From Octopus sinensis (Eukaryota), in assembly GCF_006345805.1 (NCBI RefSeq), contig NC_043009.1, forward strand, positions 18,290,001-18,354,000: 64,000 nt of DNA. Reading direction: 5' to 3'. A program made the position numbers and the translations under genes. Within the stretch, counting starts at the first letter, position 1. Every line of letters starts with the position of its first letter. Of this stretch, positions 13,133 through 24,423 are shown piece after piece. Under the pieces are notes generated by a model. The model saw nothing but the letters and a program-made list of their open reading frames with translations, was not told where the DNA came from and ran no database searches.

Positions 13133-13421
13133 ATTGTAATGTTATCATCAGTCCGAATATGCTTGATGCACGTCCGAACCGTGGAACAAACACCTCGCTT
13201 GTCCGAACTGTGGAACAAACCACTCGCTTGTTGACATGTTTTATGCACGTTCGAACTGGGGAACAAGTTATTCACTGCTACTCACAATTCACAACGGAGA
13301 ATACATCTCGCTTGTTGATTCAACAAGCGAGATATATTCTCCGTGACAAAGTGCAATGAGTAGCTTTTACCCCAGTGCGAACGTGCATCAAGCATATTTG
13401 GACGGATAATAACATTGCAAT
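13133..13421. mobile_element. foldback/MITE-like palindromic element (about 290 bp)
   Basis: About 45-bp imperfect terminal inverted repeats (attgtaatgttatcatcagtccgaatatgcttgatgcacgt / acgtgcatcaagcatatttggacggataataacattgcaat), internal 25-bp-arm hairpin at 13294-13344, short internal direct repeats. Confidence 0.75.
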
Positions 13422-13819
13422 TTCACTTATCAAAGCTTATCGCCCCCCCCCCCATCCATAATTTTTTTATTGTATCCTGTAATTGTACTATCTCTTTATT
13501 ATAGAAGTGCTGTCGCTGCTGCTGCTGCTGCTGGTGATAATGATGATGATCATGTTGATGATGATGATGATGATGATGAAAATGTGTTGGCACTTTTATA
13601 TTGATTTTGTTATATTCTGTTGTATTGATCTGTTAACACTTAGTATGAAATTGCTAACACTCCTACTTATAGATACGCTGTCTTCACTGATTTTTCTACC
13701 GTTACCACTGTCGCTTCTGCTTCCCCGAGCTGGCTTAACTCATACCACCCCTACTCAAGCATTCCTTCACACTCGTCTCCAATTCTTCCTCCTCTTCCCC
13801 TCACTCATAGTTTGTCCAT

Positions 13820-13940
13820 TCATCTCGAACCCTCACTAATCAACACGTCCACGTCTTCCTCCTCAGGACGTTAGCCTTCTGGAATTCTGTCTATGTTCAT
13901 GTTTTTCCCGCAGTCCAACATTCAAAGCATCGATTTTACC
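13820..13940 (-). pseudogene. possible RTE-type LINE endonuclease N-terminus, highly decayed
   Basis: With frameshifts the minus strand reads ALNV..LREK..PERLT..LRRK-DVDVLISE, resembling WNVRTL..PERRT..VDI..LSE. Confidence 0.3.
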
Positions 13941-14984
13941 AGTTTCAGAGGACCAGCGCTGGCCATTGTCATAGACCCTTCCCACACTCTCTAAACCAAA
14001 CAAAAGAAAGAAAACATAGACAGAAAGAAAAGTTGAAACGTACATCTGTAGGGTGTTTCAAACCTCACTGGGATAAGGTCATTGTTGCTCTCAATGCGGT
14101 TATTTAGCTCCAGGTCAACTCTGATCAAGCGGACCTTTGTTTGAAGACATACCAGCTGTGTCTGCGTTGAACAGACTAAGCTTCGCATATCCAAACATGT
14201 CCGAAGTTATCAACATAGCCACTAAAGATGAAGCTCACACACCCAGCATATCTCCATTTAATTTCTAGTCAACTGAAATTTGGAGTTCTCTCCCCATCCT
14301 CTTTTGAGAGTAATATTCATTAGCATAAATACTTACCCGTTTGAATACGGTTTTAATTACGATTAAAATTTATTTACAGCTTGAACTTAACTGATAAAAA
14401 CATATACATGCTTATATGTGTACATGTGTGAATGAGTATGTGAGTGCGCATTATATATAAATTTATGACATCAGAGGAAGCGAATGGGATATAGAATTAT
14501 TATGTATTTCACATATATTATGGTATGGATAACATAAAATTGCATGAATTGCATAATATTGTTTGTTTATGGAAACAGTAGTAACATCAATTGGATTTCT
14601 TTTTCATTCATTATAATTATTACTTTATAGTGTTACACCGCTAAGTTCAGTGGCTAGTTAAGCAATGAATAGGTGGATAGTTAGTGGGTTGGATGGGGCG
14701 CTGAAGAAGGAGCAATAATTCCTGAAATGTGCATATACACCCATTACCTATTTTTCTATCTTCGATTGCATTGTTTACATAGACGTATGTGTATAAGAAA
14801 CGGCGTAACTGTCAGTACTGGCTCTAAATACTATACAAAATCTGTAGAGATACAGTTAAAAAATGGAAATAACGCACTTCTAAACAAAGTAGGACACAGT
14901 TTTGATTTATAAACATTTAATATATTTGGTAGGATATTATGGTTTGCAAAATGAAATTTATATTTATTGTCTTCTGTGAGGTTG

Positions 14985-15173
14985 ATGCAGTAAAACTCAA
15001 CTACCATTCCTGGACATTCTAATCATCAAAACAAACACATTGTAACAGACACAAACCAACAGATCTAAATAATACCTGCTGTTCTCCACATGCCACCCAA
15101 ACATACTAAGACCAATATTGCTTTTAATCTAGCAAGAAAAAAATATGCACAGTTGTTTCAAACTTTAAAATTC
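14985..15173 (+). pseudogene. PLE reverse transcriptase C-terminal fragment (left part)
   Basis: Reads SKTQLPFLDILIIK ... YLLFSTCHPKH..TNIAFNLARK-ICTVVS across frameshifts (FLD and HP motifs of PLE RT). Confidence 0.85.
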
Positions 15174-15346
15174 GTTCTATATTTAAGAGATGAGGAATTA
15201 CGAACATTATTTACATTTGACAGATATTTGTCCCCATCTTGTTTGTTGTTAACACAACATTTCGGCTGATATACCCTCCAGCCTTCATCAGGTGTCTTGG
15301 GGGAAATTTCGAAATTGAGTTCTCATTCCTAAGGTATTTTTCGATG

Positions 15347-15385
<39 letters not shown>

Positions 15386-15453
15386 TATTATTATTATTAT
15401 TATTATTCCAGTCACTGCCTGGAATCGAACTCGGAATCTTGGGGTTAGTGGCC
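15174..15453 (-). mobile_element. composite SINE-like element: tRNA-like head + (TAA)n + hammerhead-bearing tail
   Basis: Minus strand: ggccactaaccccaagattccGAGTTCGATTCcaggca (T-arm/B-box), (TAA)n, then the HHR at 15251-15296 and a tail ending cctcatctcttaaatatagaac. Confidence 0.75.
15251..15296 (-). ncRNA. type I minimal hammerhead ribozyme motif
   Basis: GACAC-CTGATGA-A-GGCTG(GAGGGTATAT)CAGCC-GAA-ATGT-T-GTGTT; core intact with an extra A after A9; helix III AUGU (likely CpG decay of ACGU). Confidence 0.8.
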
Positions 15454-15458
15454 ATTTG

Positions 15459-15580
15459 CCAGGTTCGAAATTTCCCCAAAGCACCTGATCAAGGCTGGAG
15501 GGCATATCAGCCGAAATGTTGTGTTAACAACAAACAAGATGAGGACAAGTATCCGTCAAATGTAAATAATGTAAATAATG
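15459..15580 (+). mobile_element. inverted partial copy of the HHR tail (core decayed to CTGATCA)
   Basis: Reverse complement of 15205-15312; HHR-like motif at 15480-15525. Confidence 0.85.
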
Positions 15581-15945
15581 ATAAAACTCGTAATAAAAGA
15601 CTCCAGGAATTAAAACAAATACTATTGGAGAGTCAATGTTAACAGACAACGGACTGGAGCGTGCCAAAGGAATCGATATTCTTGAGAATTGCGAAAAATA
15701 AAACACACACTTCAGATACACCAAATACTCAACCCTTTATTACAACACACAACCCCCAGAACACAGAGGTTTACAACATAATCTACCAGAATATACCACA
15801 ACTGAGACAAGACCCAAGAATGAAACAAGCGCTCGAAATACACAAAATAATTAAAAGCAAAAGACAATCAAAATCCATCGAGAAACTCTCACCAATGCAA
15901 AATTACCCTCCACAAACCTAACACCAACAGTCAAAACCTGTGGCC
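15578..15945 (+). pseudogene. PLE RT thumb/linker fragment (right part)
   Basis: DKTRNKRLQELKQILL, DNGLERAKGID, PFITTHNP..IIYQNIPQLRQDPRMKQAL..IIKSKRQ; continues the 14985-15173 protein. Confidence 0.85.
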
Positions 15946-16622
15946 GCCCTAATTTAATGTATATATATATATCTATATATATATATGTATGTATGTTGTT
16001 TATATATATACACATGCGCATCTGTGTATATGTTTATAATGTTTATATATATATATATTTATATATATATATGTATATATATATGTATGTGCGTGTATCT
16101 ATATATATGTGTGTGCGAATATGTGTGTATATGTGTGTGTACGTGTGTACTATGTACGAGCATGACTGGGTGAGGTTGTGAGTTGTCCATATGTCTATAG
16201 CTGCACGCATGTACATGTAGATGCATGTCGAAATATAAGAGTACAGATATACTTTTGTACATGTGTGTCTTTATATGAGCATACATGTGTTCGTGAACGT
16301 ATCTCTTCGCCCCTCACCTTCTTTTTATACGTTTGCATGTTCGTGCGAGTATGTATGCATATATATCTGTGTATCATCGTGTGTACATGTACGTGTGTCT
16401 GTATGCATCTATATATGTATGACTGTAGATGTGTGTGCATGTATGTATATATGCATGTACGTGTGTATGTAGATATTTCTATTCTCATGCAGCTGTCCAT
16501 ATACATATATTTCGGTTTATTTCTGTTTCTTTTTGTGTGCCTATGTAATAATAATAATAATAATAATAATGATAATAATAATGATAATAATAATAATAAT
16601 AATAATAATGATAATAATAATG

Positions 16623-16669
<47 letters not shown>

Positions 16670-16872
16670 TCTTTCTACTATAAGCACAAAGCCTGAAATC
16701 TTGTGGGGAGGGGGGCCAGTCGATTAGATCGACCTCAGTACACAACTGGTACTTAATTTATCGACCCCGAAAGGATGAAAGGCAAAGTCGACCTCGGCAG
16801 AATTTGAACTCAGAACGTAAATAACGCTAAGCACTTCGCCCAGTGTGCTAACGACTCTGCCAACTCGCCGCC

Positions 16873-16875
<3 letters not shown>
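16670..16875 (-). mobile_element. tRNA-derived SINE, family B, with (TTA)n tail at 16547-16668
   Basis: Head TAAGGCGGCGAGTTGGCAGAGTCG, B-box GAGTTCAAATTC on the minus strand. Confidence 0.9.
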
Positions 16876-16907
<32 letters not shown>

Positions 16908-16911
<4 letters not shown>

Positions 16912-17468
16912 TCTTTTATTGGCCACTAAGGTTAATATAAATCAAAATATTAAAATGGTTTTTTGCAAAAAAAAAAACATTCGAGTAAACATTTTATAAC
17001 AATAAAACAATGTAACAAGTAAAAAAATAGCCTCCCAATAGCGGGAGGCGCCTTAAAGGTTACTCGTGGGAAAATGCATAAAAACCACGGGTACCTAATC
17101 AACAGGGCAAGAGCTCTCCTTTTATACTTTTTCTTTTACAATTCGTCTTCTCCGAATTGGTCCATCCATATTGGCCCTTTTCCCGCAATCCACCCACCTT
17201 TCGATAAATTTGCTAGAAGACAACACTTCCCTCTCTACCCTCACTTTCCTTTTCAAACGGAACTTGAAAAAGTTGATGTGGCCTTGACCAAAGAGGAAAG
17301 TGTCTGACTTTAACCCTTTCAAACGGGTCCACCATACTACTTCTTTTGCTACACCCACCAGACAAATGAAAATTGCATTGCTCTTCCCGGTTAAATGAGG
17401 TCGGTGGGGCAATCTTCATTATGGATTTAGCTGATAGCCGGATCCGTCCTACACGCGAAAGCAGCTGT
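16908..17468 (-). mobile_element. Tx1/L1-like LINE 3' end (ORF2 C-terminus + 3' UTR)
   Basis: ORF 17122-17412 (AIFICLVGVAKEVVWWTRLKG..INFFKFRLKRKVRVERE..FIERW) resembles L1/Tx1 C-termini; AATAAA then (TTA)n tail. Confidence 0.7.
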
Positions 17469-17471
17469 TCG

Positions 17472-17522
<51 letters not shown>

Positions 17523-17525
<3 letters not shown>

Positions 17526-17940
17526 GCCCTGATGCAGTACCAGGCAGTGGCTCTCATGGCTTCTGATCTTAACTGATTGGAAGTGTTATCATGTACATTG
17601 TTTTGTCTTGGTATAAAAGATGGGCTACAGCAAATATTCTGCTCAATACCACAGATTTGCTTGTCAGTTGTTTGACCGTAACCAATTGAGCATGTCCTTT
17701 AGTGGCTGACGATATGTGCATCTCTGATCACAAGCAGATGTGGTGGGGGAGCATCATAGCCATGTGTTGAGAGGAATTCTTTGGGATTTGGATAATTCAT
17801 CTCTGGAAACACGGGTCATTCATCATCCTTAAAAAAAACTTATTCAGGAACCTTTTGAGTGGGATGGGCTGCTCGACCTGAAAACAAATCCTAACTGGAC
17901 GTCACCGGCAAAGTCATGAGCTGTTTATCTTGATATGAGG
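17523..17940 (-). mobile_element. abundant interspersed repeat, probable LINE 3' UTR with (TTA)n tail
   Basis: Non-coding 420 bp ending tactgcatcagggcatt(tat)n on the minus strand; recalled as a common Octopus repeat, clade not determinable here. Confidence 0.55.
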
Positions 17941-18048
17941 TAAACAGGAATTAGTCCTGCGGTCGATTATTTCGACTCTAGCTTAACCGCAGTCAAATGA
18001 CTGAACGAATAAAAGAAACATAAAAGATATATATATATAAGCGCTGGA

Positions 18049-18109
18049 GATAACCGAAGAGATGGTGTTGTGGATTTCCACTTCGGCATCTGAAACTCAG
18101 AGTTTTATC
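18049..18109 (+). ncRNA. hammerhead-like motif (U4C, one extra U before G12)
   Basis: GATAA-CCGAAGA-GATG..CATC-T-GAA-ACTC(A)GAGT-T-TTATC; same family as 28634 and 29279. Confidence 0.65.
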
Positions 18110-18208
18110 TTGACTATTGAATAATTGTACATATTATTTTATAGATAATTTCCTCTATTTACATAATATTGAGGTCTCTTTCTTTCTTTTGTTGTCTTAC
18201 CGTTTTTA

Positions 18209-18253
<45 letters not shown>

Positions 18254-18289
18254 GTATGTATGTATGTGTGTGTGTGTGTGTGTGTGTGT

Positions 18290-18495
18290 CTGTGTTTGTC
18301 CTCCCAGCATCGCTTGACAACCGATGCTGGTCTGTTTACGTTCCCGTAACTTAGCGGTTCGGCAAAAGAGACTGACAGAATAAGTACTAGGCTTACAAAG
18401 AATAAGTCCTGGGGTCGATTTACTCGACTGAAGGTGGGGCTCCAGCATGACCGCAGTCAAATGACTGAAACAAGTAAAAAAGTAAAGAGTAAAAA
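18290..18495 (+). mobile_element. SINE family A, 3' half
   Basis: Matches 3800-4005. Confidence 0.85.
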
Positions 18496-18564
18496 AGAGT
18501 ATATATATTAATTATTAATTGATAATTCATACCGTTATAGGTATTTTTACGCGTGCTAGACCAC

Positions 18565-18567
18565 CGA

Positions 18568-18637
<70 letters not shown>

Positions 18638-18710
18638 AATAACAACAACAACAACACCAACAACCACAACAACAACAACAATAATAATAATGATAATAAT
18701 AATAATAATA
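18565..18710. repeat. compound trinucleotide microsatellite (CAT)n(TAT)n(AAC)n(AAT)n
   Basis: Directly visible; a further (CAC/CGC)n run lies at 19160-19235. Confidence 0.95.
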
Positions 18711-18749
18711 TATATATATATACACACACACACATATATACATTTATAT

Positions 18750-18861
18750 GGGTTTTTCCACGAGTAACCTTTAAGGTTCCTCTCCCTATTGGAATTTTTT
18801 TTTTACTTGTTACATTGTTTTATTGTTATGAAATGCTTACTCGAATGTTTTTTTTTTGCAA
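18750..18861 (+). mobile_element. fragment of the Tx1/L1-like 3' UTR, inverted relative to 16963-17075
   Basis: ccacgagtaacctttaagg...ttacttgttacattgttttattgtta...ctcgaatgttttttttttgcaa is the reverse complement of 16963-17075. Confidence 0.8.
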
Positions 18862-20460
18862 TATATATATATATATATATATTGCTTTCACTTTTCCTTA
18901 GATACCCATCCCCTCTCCAACTAACCGCCGTTACCACAAACGCAGCCACCATTATTTCCCCCTTCTTCCTTGTCATCGTTAGCATCGTCATCATGTCCAT
19001 TTTCTTCTTCTTCTTCACAGTTATTGCCACCTTGATCATCGGTGTTGTCATCGTCACATTCAACATCCTTATCCTTATTCCCCGACCGTCTCACCATCAT
19101 CATCATTATCGTCGTCGTCATCATTTCTTATCCTAATAACGACGACAACGACAACGACGACCACCACCACCACCGCCGCCGCCGCCGCCGCCACCGCCAC
19201 CGCCACCGCCACCACCACCGCCACCACCACCACCACGGTTATCAACGTTGTCTCTTCACTTTTATTACTTCAACAGTCATTGACTGTTATACTAGCGACT
19301 GCTACAGACAATAGTTATCGTCTGGTGACGTCAAATGAGTGTAAAACTAGGTCCCTGATGTAATTGGATATTTCTCCTCCCCTTCCTTAACCTGCCTCCC
19401 TCCATAGCAGCGTCGGCCTGCTGCCACAGGCTACAGTGCAGTAACATACTTTATATATTGGTGCAATGTCTCACTGCACTCCACAACTCAACCCCCTACA
19501 CATATGAATTATCAGACAAGCCAATCGAACAGCTAGAAATAGCAGTCACATCTACTCCACTATCTTGAAAAAAAAATGTTCGTGTGACGGGGTGATACAG
19601 TTCTAAATAAGCAAAATCAAGATTGAAATGCTTTTGATCATAGGTATGTTCAGTCAAGGCTAACCTGGTGTTAAAAAATACAACAACAACTTTGTAATTT
19701 CGCTCGAGCACTTCTATATTCTGCTCTCGCATGCACATGCACGTATGCGCACAGGTGTGTATTCACGTTCTCAAGCATATCAATAACGACCAATCGTGCG
19801 GACATCAAACACACATCCAAACAAACTATGGTATACACAAACGCACTCACGTTCCTATCCACATACATATACACTCACGTCTCCACAGACACATCGACAC
19901 GCACATCCATTTACACGCAGATATAGTTATGCCCATCATTATCCATAATAACAGAGATTTATAAATAAACATTCTTTATTCTAATAATAGCAGATGGTCA
20001 AAGGTTTTGTACTTAGTGCGTATGTAAAACAAAAGCGATCCTGTCGGGATTTCAACTCAGGACTTAAAGAGAATTCATTATATTGTCCGTCTACACCCTT
20101 TATATTAAAGCATTTGCTATAATTCCTATATATTGCTATATTTACAATTGCTATAGATGGCAAGAGACGTTTAATGAAATAAAGAAGGTCGATAGTGCTA
20201 CGGTAAACAGTTTTCGGTGTATGAGGTTCACTTCTTGCATGGTAGGCCGCAACTGACAATCAGCTTTATTTTTCCAGATCATAGTACCAACATAAGTACC
20301 TTCGATGATCCAGAGTTAGCATAATCTGCCAAGGCTCGTTTTCCGTTAACACTAACACTGAGACTCAGACTATACATACATACATACATACATACATACA
20401 TACATAAATACATATATATATATATATATATGCATATATACGTACATAAATACACATACA

Positions 20461-20504
<44 letters not shown>

Positions 20505-20693
20505 TATATTAGCTGCATATATATACATATAAAAATATACAATAGGAAGAAACTTAACACCAGGTAATTTAATCCGTAAACGTGAACCCGATTTCAGATG
20601 AACTTTAAGAACAAGTATATACATGATACATTACAAATAGGTAAATACATAATTTTTTTTTAAAAATCTATAAATAAATAACTATATTAAAAA

Positions 20694-21074
20694 CTAGCAG
20701 TATCGCCCGGCGTTGCTCGGGTTTGTAAGGGAAATAACTATATAAGCATTTTTAGAGAGTTATAGCCAAAAAATAGCAAAAAATGCATTAAAAATGGAAA
20801 AAAAATGATGGTAAATTTTTTTTAAATCGTTGACTCATTGTAGACATTTTTAGAGAGTTACTAGCGAAAAAATGCATTAAAATGGAAAAAAATGATGGTA
20901 AATTTTTTTAAAAATCGTAGACTCATCGTAGACGCGCGCTAATACCCAGAAGGGCTTGATATGAATCACGACTATAAGATACCCGGTTTTGGTTAAACTG
21001 CACCGCAAAATGTGGGAGTAGTTAGGAATCTAAATCGTAGGAGACAGACAGCACAACTTGACTTTTATATATCT
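20694..21074 (-). mobile_element. non-autonomous Helitron-like element, copy 1
   Basis: 3' hairpin CCCGAGCAACGCCGGG, 8 nt, CTAG|T on the minus strand; 5' end atatataaaagtcaagttgtgctgtctgtc. Confidence 0.8.
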
Positions 21075-21077
21075 ACT

Positions 21078-21587
21078 AGCAGTATCGCCCGGCGTTGCTC
21101 GGGTTTGTAAGGGAAATAACTATATAAGCATTTTTAGAGAGTTACTTCCCTTATAGATGCCAATTCGGGCTTTCTTAGCCATTTCTGTTTTGGTGTCTTC
21201 AAGCCATGAAGTCGTTGTTCTAAAAGAACGCTGGTCTCCTTGACAACGCTTTACGACGTTGATTTCCTTACACTCCCTTCCCCACAGCTTCACAAGGGAG
21301 GGAAGAAGGGGAGAAGCAAACAGGTGCAGGTGTGACCATGGACGCCAACTCCGCCGCCATCGACACACGAAAAATTATGCATTAAAATGGAATAAAAAAT
21401 GATGTTAAATTATTTTTAAAATCGTAGACTCATCGTAGACGCGCGCTAATACGCAGACGGGCTCGATATGAATCACGACTATAAGAAACCCGAATTTGGT
21501 TAAACTGCACCGCAAAATGTGGGAGTAGTTAGGAATCTAAATCGAAGGGGACAGACACTCACACAACTACAGTTTTATATATATAGA
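21078..21587 (-). mobile_element. non-autonomous Helitron-like element, copy 2
   Basis: A|TCTATATATATAAAA 5' end at 21587; identical 3' hairpin and CTAG at 21078; head-to-tail with copy 1. Confidence 0.85.
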
Positions 21588-21940
21588 TTTAACATCATTT
21601 TTTATTCCATTTTAATGCATAATTTTTCGTGTGTCGATGGCGGCGGAGTTGGCGTCCATGGTCACACCTGCACCTGTGTTGCTTCTCCCCCTTCTTCCCT
21701 CCCTCGTGAAGCTGTGGGGAAGGGAGTGTAAGGAAATCAACGTCGTAAAGCGTTGTCAAGGAGACCAGCGTTCTTTAGAACAACGACTTCATGGCTTGAA
21801 GACACTGAGTCAACGATTAAAAAAAAAATTACCATAATTTTTTATTCCATTTTTAATGCATATTTTTGCTATAACTCTCTAAAAATGCTTATATAGTTAT
21901 TTCCCTTACAAACCCGAGCAACGCCGGGCGATACTGCTAG
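21588..21940 (+). mobile_element. non-autonomous Helitron-like element, copy 3 (5'-truncated, inverted)
   Basis: 21588-21805 is the reverse complement of 21193-21412; ends cccgagcaacgccgggcgatactgCTAG|T at 21940. Confidence 0.85.
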
Positions 21941-22002
21941 TAAAGATATATATGTAAAGTAATAGATTTTAAAACATTTTTTAGATGTAAACATATATTT
22001 AT

Positions 22003-22221
22003 TTCTTTATTGCTCACAGGGGCCTAAACATAGAGGGGACAAACAAGGACAAAGGGATTAAGTTGATTACATGGACCCCAGTAAATAACTGGTACTTATT
22101 TAATCGACCCCGAAAATATGAAAGGCTAAGTCAACCCCGGCGGAATTTCAACTCAGAACGTAACGGCAGATGAAATACCGCTCAACATTTCACCCAACGA
22201 TTCTGCCAGCTTGCTGCCCTG
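22003..22221 (-). mobile_element. tRNA-derived SINE, family B variant
   Basis: ggcagcaagctggcagaatcgttg head; aaattccgccggggttgac core. Confidence 0.8.
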
Positions 22222-22704
22222 TAAACATAAATATATTAAAACATACATGAATACGTAAATATACTGAAGAAGGCCCGAAGTAGTGATGATAGCGAAATAT
22301 GTTAAAATGAAAATTGTTAAAATAGGGTACCAGCGGCCGTTTATGGAGGGTAATTCCCTGAAGGAGGAAATGCTAAATAATGGGTACGATATCCCCTTAT
22401 TTTTACCGGTAATTGGCTTCTAGAAACGGCCGTTCTCATTAGTGAGAATTACTGCCGAAGGCTAAAGGTACTCATGTCACCACGTGTGCATTGACCATTA
22501 TCACAGGGTCCGAAATCACGTGATATGAGTACGTCTGCAAATTATTTACGATTTTCATTCGCTATTGGTAAGTTGGCTTTTATATTTACTCGTTTCCTCG
22601 AATTTACCAGAATGTAGAAGTGATAACTGTGGTTTTCGGTCGTTCATGCTGTGTACTATCTTGTACCCTTGATTATAAATATATATACATATATATATAT
22701 ATAG

Positions 22705-23215
22705 TTGAAATTTACAGAAAAACAAAAAACGAAGACAGGTGTATGAACAACAAGCAGGTGTATTAGTTTGACGCTCGGGAAAGTGAGAAAAGTCTTTTGC
22801 GTTTCGAGCCTACGCTCTTCAGCAGAGAGCAATGAGAGAAAATAAACATGGAGAGAGAGAGAAGAGAGAGAGAGAGAGGGGAGAGGGAGAGAGAGAATAA
22901 AAAAAAACTTGTAGATTTAGCGGTCAAGCATGGTGACTAGTTAGAAAAAAAGGTTTGACAGAATTTGGAAGTATTGGTGATCCCAAAACGAAGTTGAGCG
23001 TGCGTATGTGTATATGTGAGAATGTGTGTGTGGGGAAAGGCTAGTGACTTTGATGAGTGTAGATGTGTGTGTGTGCGTCTGTGACGTGTGGATGATGGTG
23101 TGTGGTGTGGGTGTTGGGAAGTGGTCAGTGCTGGTGTGTGTGGAGTGATGTGGGGTGGTGTGATGTGGTGGGGTATGGGGATGTGGGGTTAGGGTGTGGA
23201 TGGGGGTAGCTGATA
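22705..23215 (-). mobile_element. PLE 3' UTR/pseudo-LTR with decayed HHR (22794-22828)
   Basis: Reverse complement of 52560-53000; CTGCTGA-A-GAGC(GTAG)GCTC-GAA-ACGC-A-AAAG. Confidence 0.75.
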
Positions 23216-24200
23216 CGTTGCATTGAGACGATTTTCTTTGTGTAGCGTCGAATTCCGCCGTTAATTTCATACTCTGTGGCGATCATAGCTTGGAGCTGTA
23301 GTCCAGGTGGCTGAAGACATATGTCCTCCAAAACACCATCATAGTTTCCGTTCTTCTCCTTCTGGAAGTTCGGAGGATCCATCCAGCTAACTGTCTGCAT
23401 TTTATTACCGAATTAGTAATATGCACATAGAAAGATGCATCATGACCCACGTCAAGGCTCAGGTCACGCACTGATTTTGATTCAGGTACTACAATTCCTT
23501 CTGGGCCAGTGTATACCGTCTGCATGTCGTTCAGCTTTGTGTGCTGTTAGCGCAGGGCTTGGAGTTTTCCAGCATTAAACTGCATGATATTGTCCTCAGC
23601 CTACCTGTATATTGCGTCCAACACCCATTGCAGATGCACAATATTTCCAGGGTTCTCAATCGTCTGAGAGACTATTGTGTCATCTGCACAGCTAGCGGGG
23701 GTGACAATCTGAGCAGATGCGAGCCCGTCTGAGAGGGCCACTATGAATAGCAGTGGCCCTAAGACAGTGCCCCGTGGAACACCACTTACTATTTGCTTCC
23801 TTTGTAATAGCTTTCATTGGCAACCACTGCCTCACGTCTATCTTTTAGAAAGTCGTGTAGCTACTCACCAAGTTTTCTGACTATATCGAGATTACGCAGT
23901 TTGTGATTATATCATACCATGGTCCACTTTATCAAAGGCTTTTGCGAAGTCGAGATATGTTACATCCGCACGCGAGTCGTTTAGCAGCTGTTTTAACAAC
24001 CAGCCGTAATGCTGCAAAAGCTGTATCTTACAGCTTCTACCTGGTTGAATTCCATGCTGGGTGTCAGTCAGCAAGTCATTCTCTTCAAGGAACGCAATTA
24101 CATTCTTGCGCACCATTCGCACCATAACTCTGCTGATGTGTGAGGTCAGAGAGATAGGCTTCAGGGTTCGACATAATATTTTTTATAACCCAGGCCCCCC
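23216..24200 (-). pseudogene. CR1/L2-clade LINE reverse transcriptase fragment
   Basis: QHGIQPGRSC, YLDFAKAFDKVDH, SGVPRGTVLGPLLF, CADD, KSVRDL, HLDYSSKLWSP in order across frameshifts. Confidence 0.92.
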
Positions 24201-24232
24201 TGTCTGCTCTCTCTTTTTCGTGAGATTGATGG

Positions 24233-24277
<45 letters not shown>

Positions 24278-24423
24278 TATATGTATTGAGTCTAAGACAA
24301 AAACAAATTTTCATTACGTCTTGCAACCTTTGCAATAGGTGTTGACTCTGTCCGTTATCCGAGCTGCGTTCTTTTTGTTTGTTTGTGCGCATGTGTGAGG
24401 GTCAGTGTGTGTGCGCATACACA

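Noticed and set aside
13145-13260. Short repeats with spacers resembling a CRISPR array
   Set aside because: Only 2-3 degenerate units with irregular spacing, inside a foldback element in a eukaryotic context with no cas genes.
19981-20259. 92-aa minus-strand ORF
   Set aside because: Starts at TTG, has no motif I recognise, and its length is within chance expectation.
20300-20357. Possible minus-strand micro-exon (CAG|..|GTACTT; VSVNGKRALADY contains a GKR neuropeptide-like site)
   Set aside because: No polypyrimidine tract, 58 nt, no supporting neighbouring exons or recognised homology; needs RNA-seq.
22330-22530. Unique stretch with inverted cggccgttt/aaacggccg and two CACGTG E-boxes, possibly regulatory
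   Set aside because: Short motifs are expected by chance; there is no gene context or conservation data.
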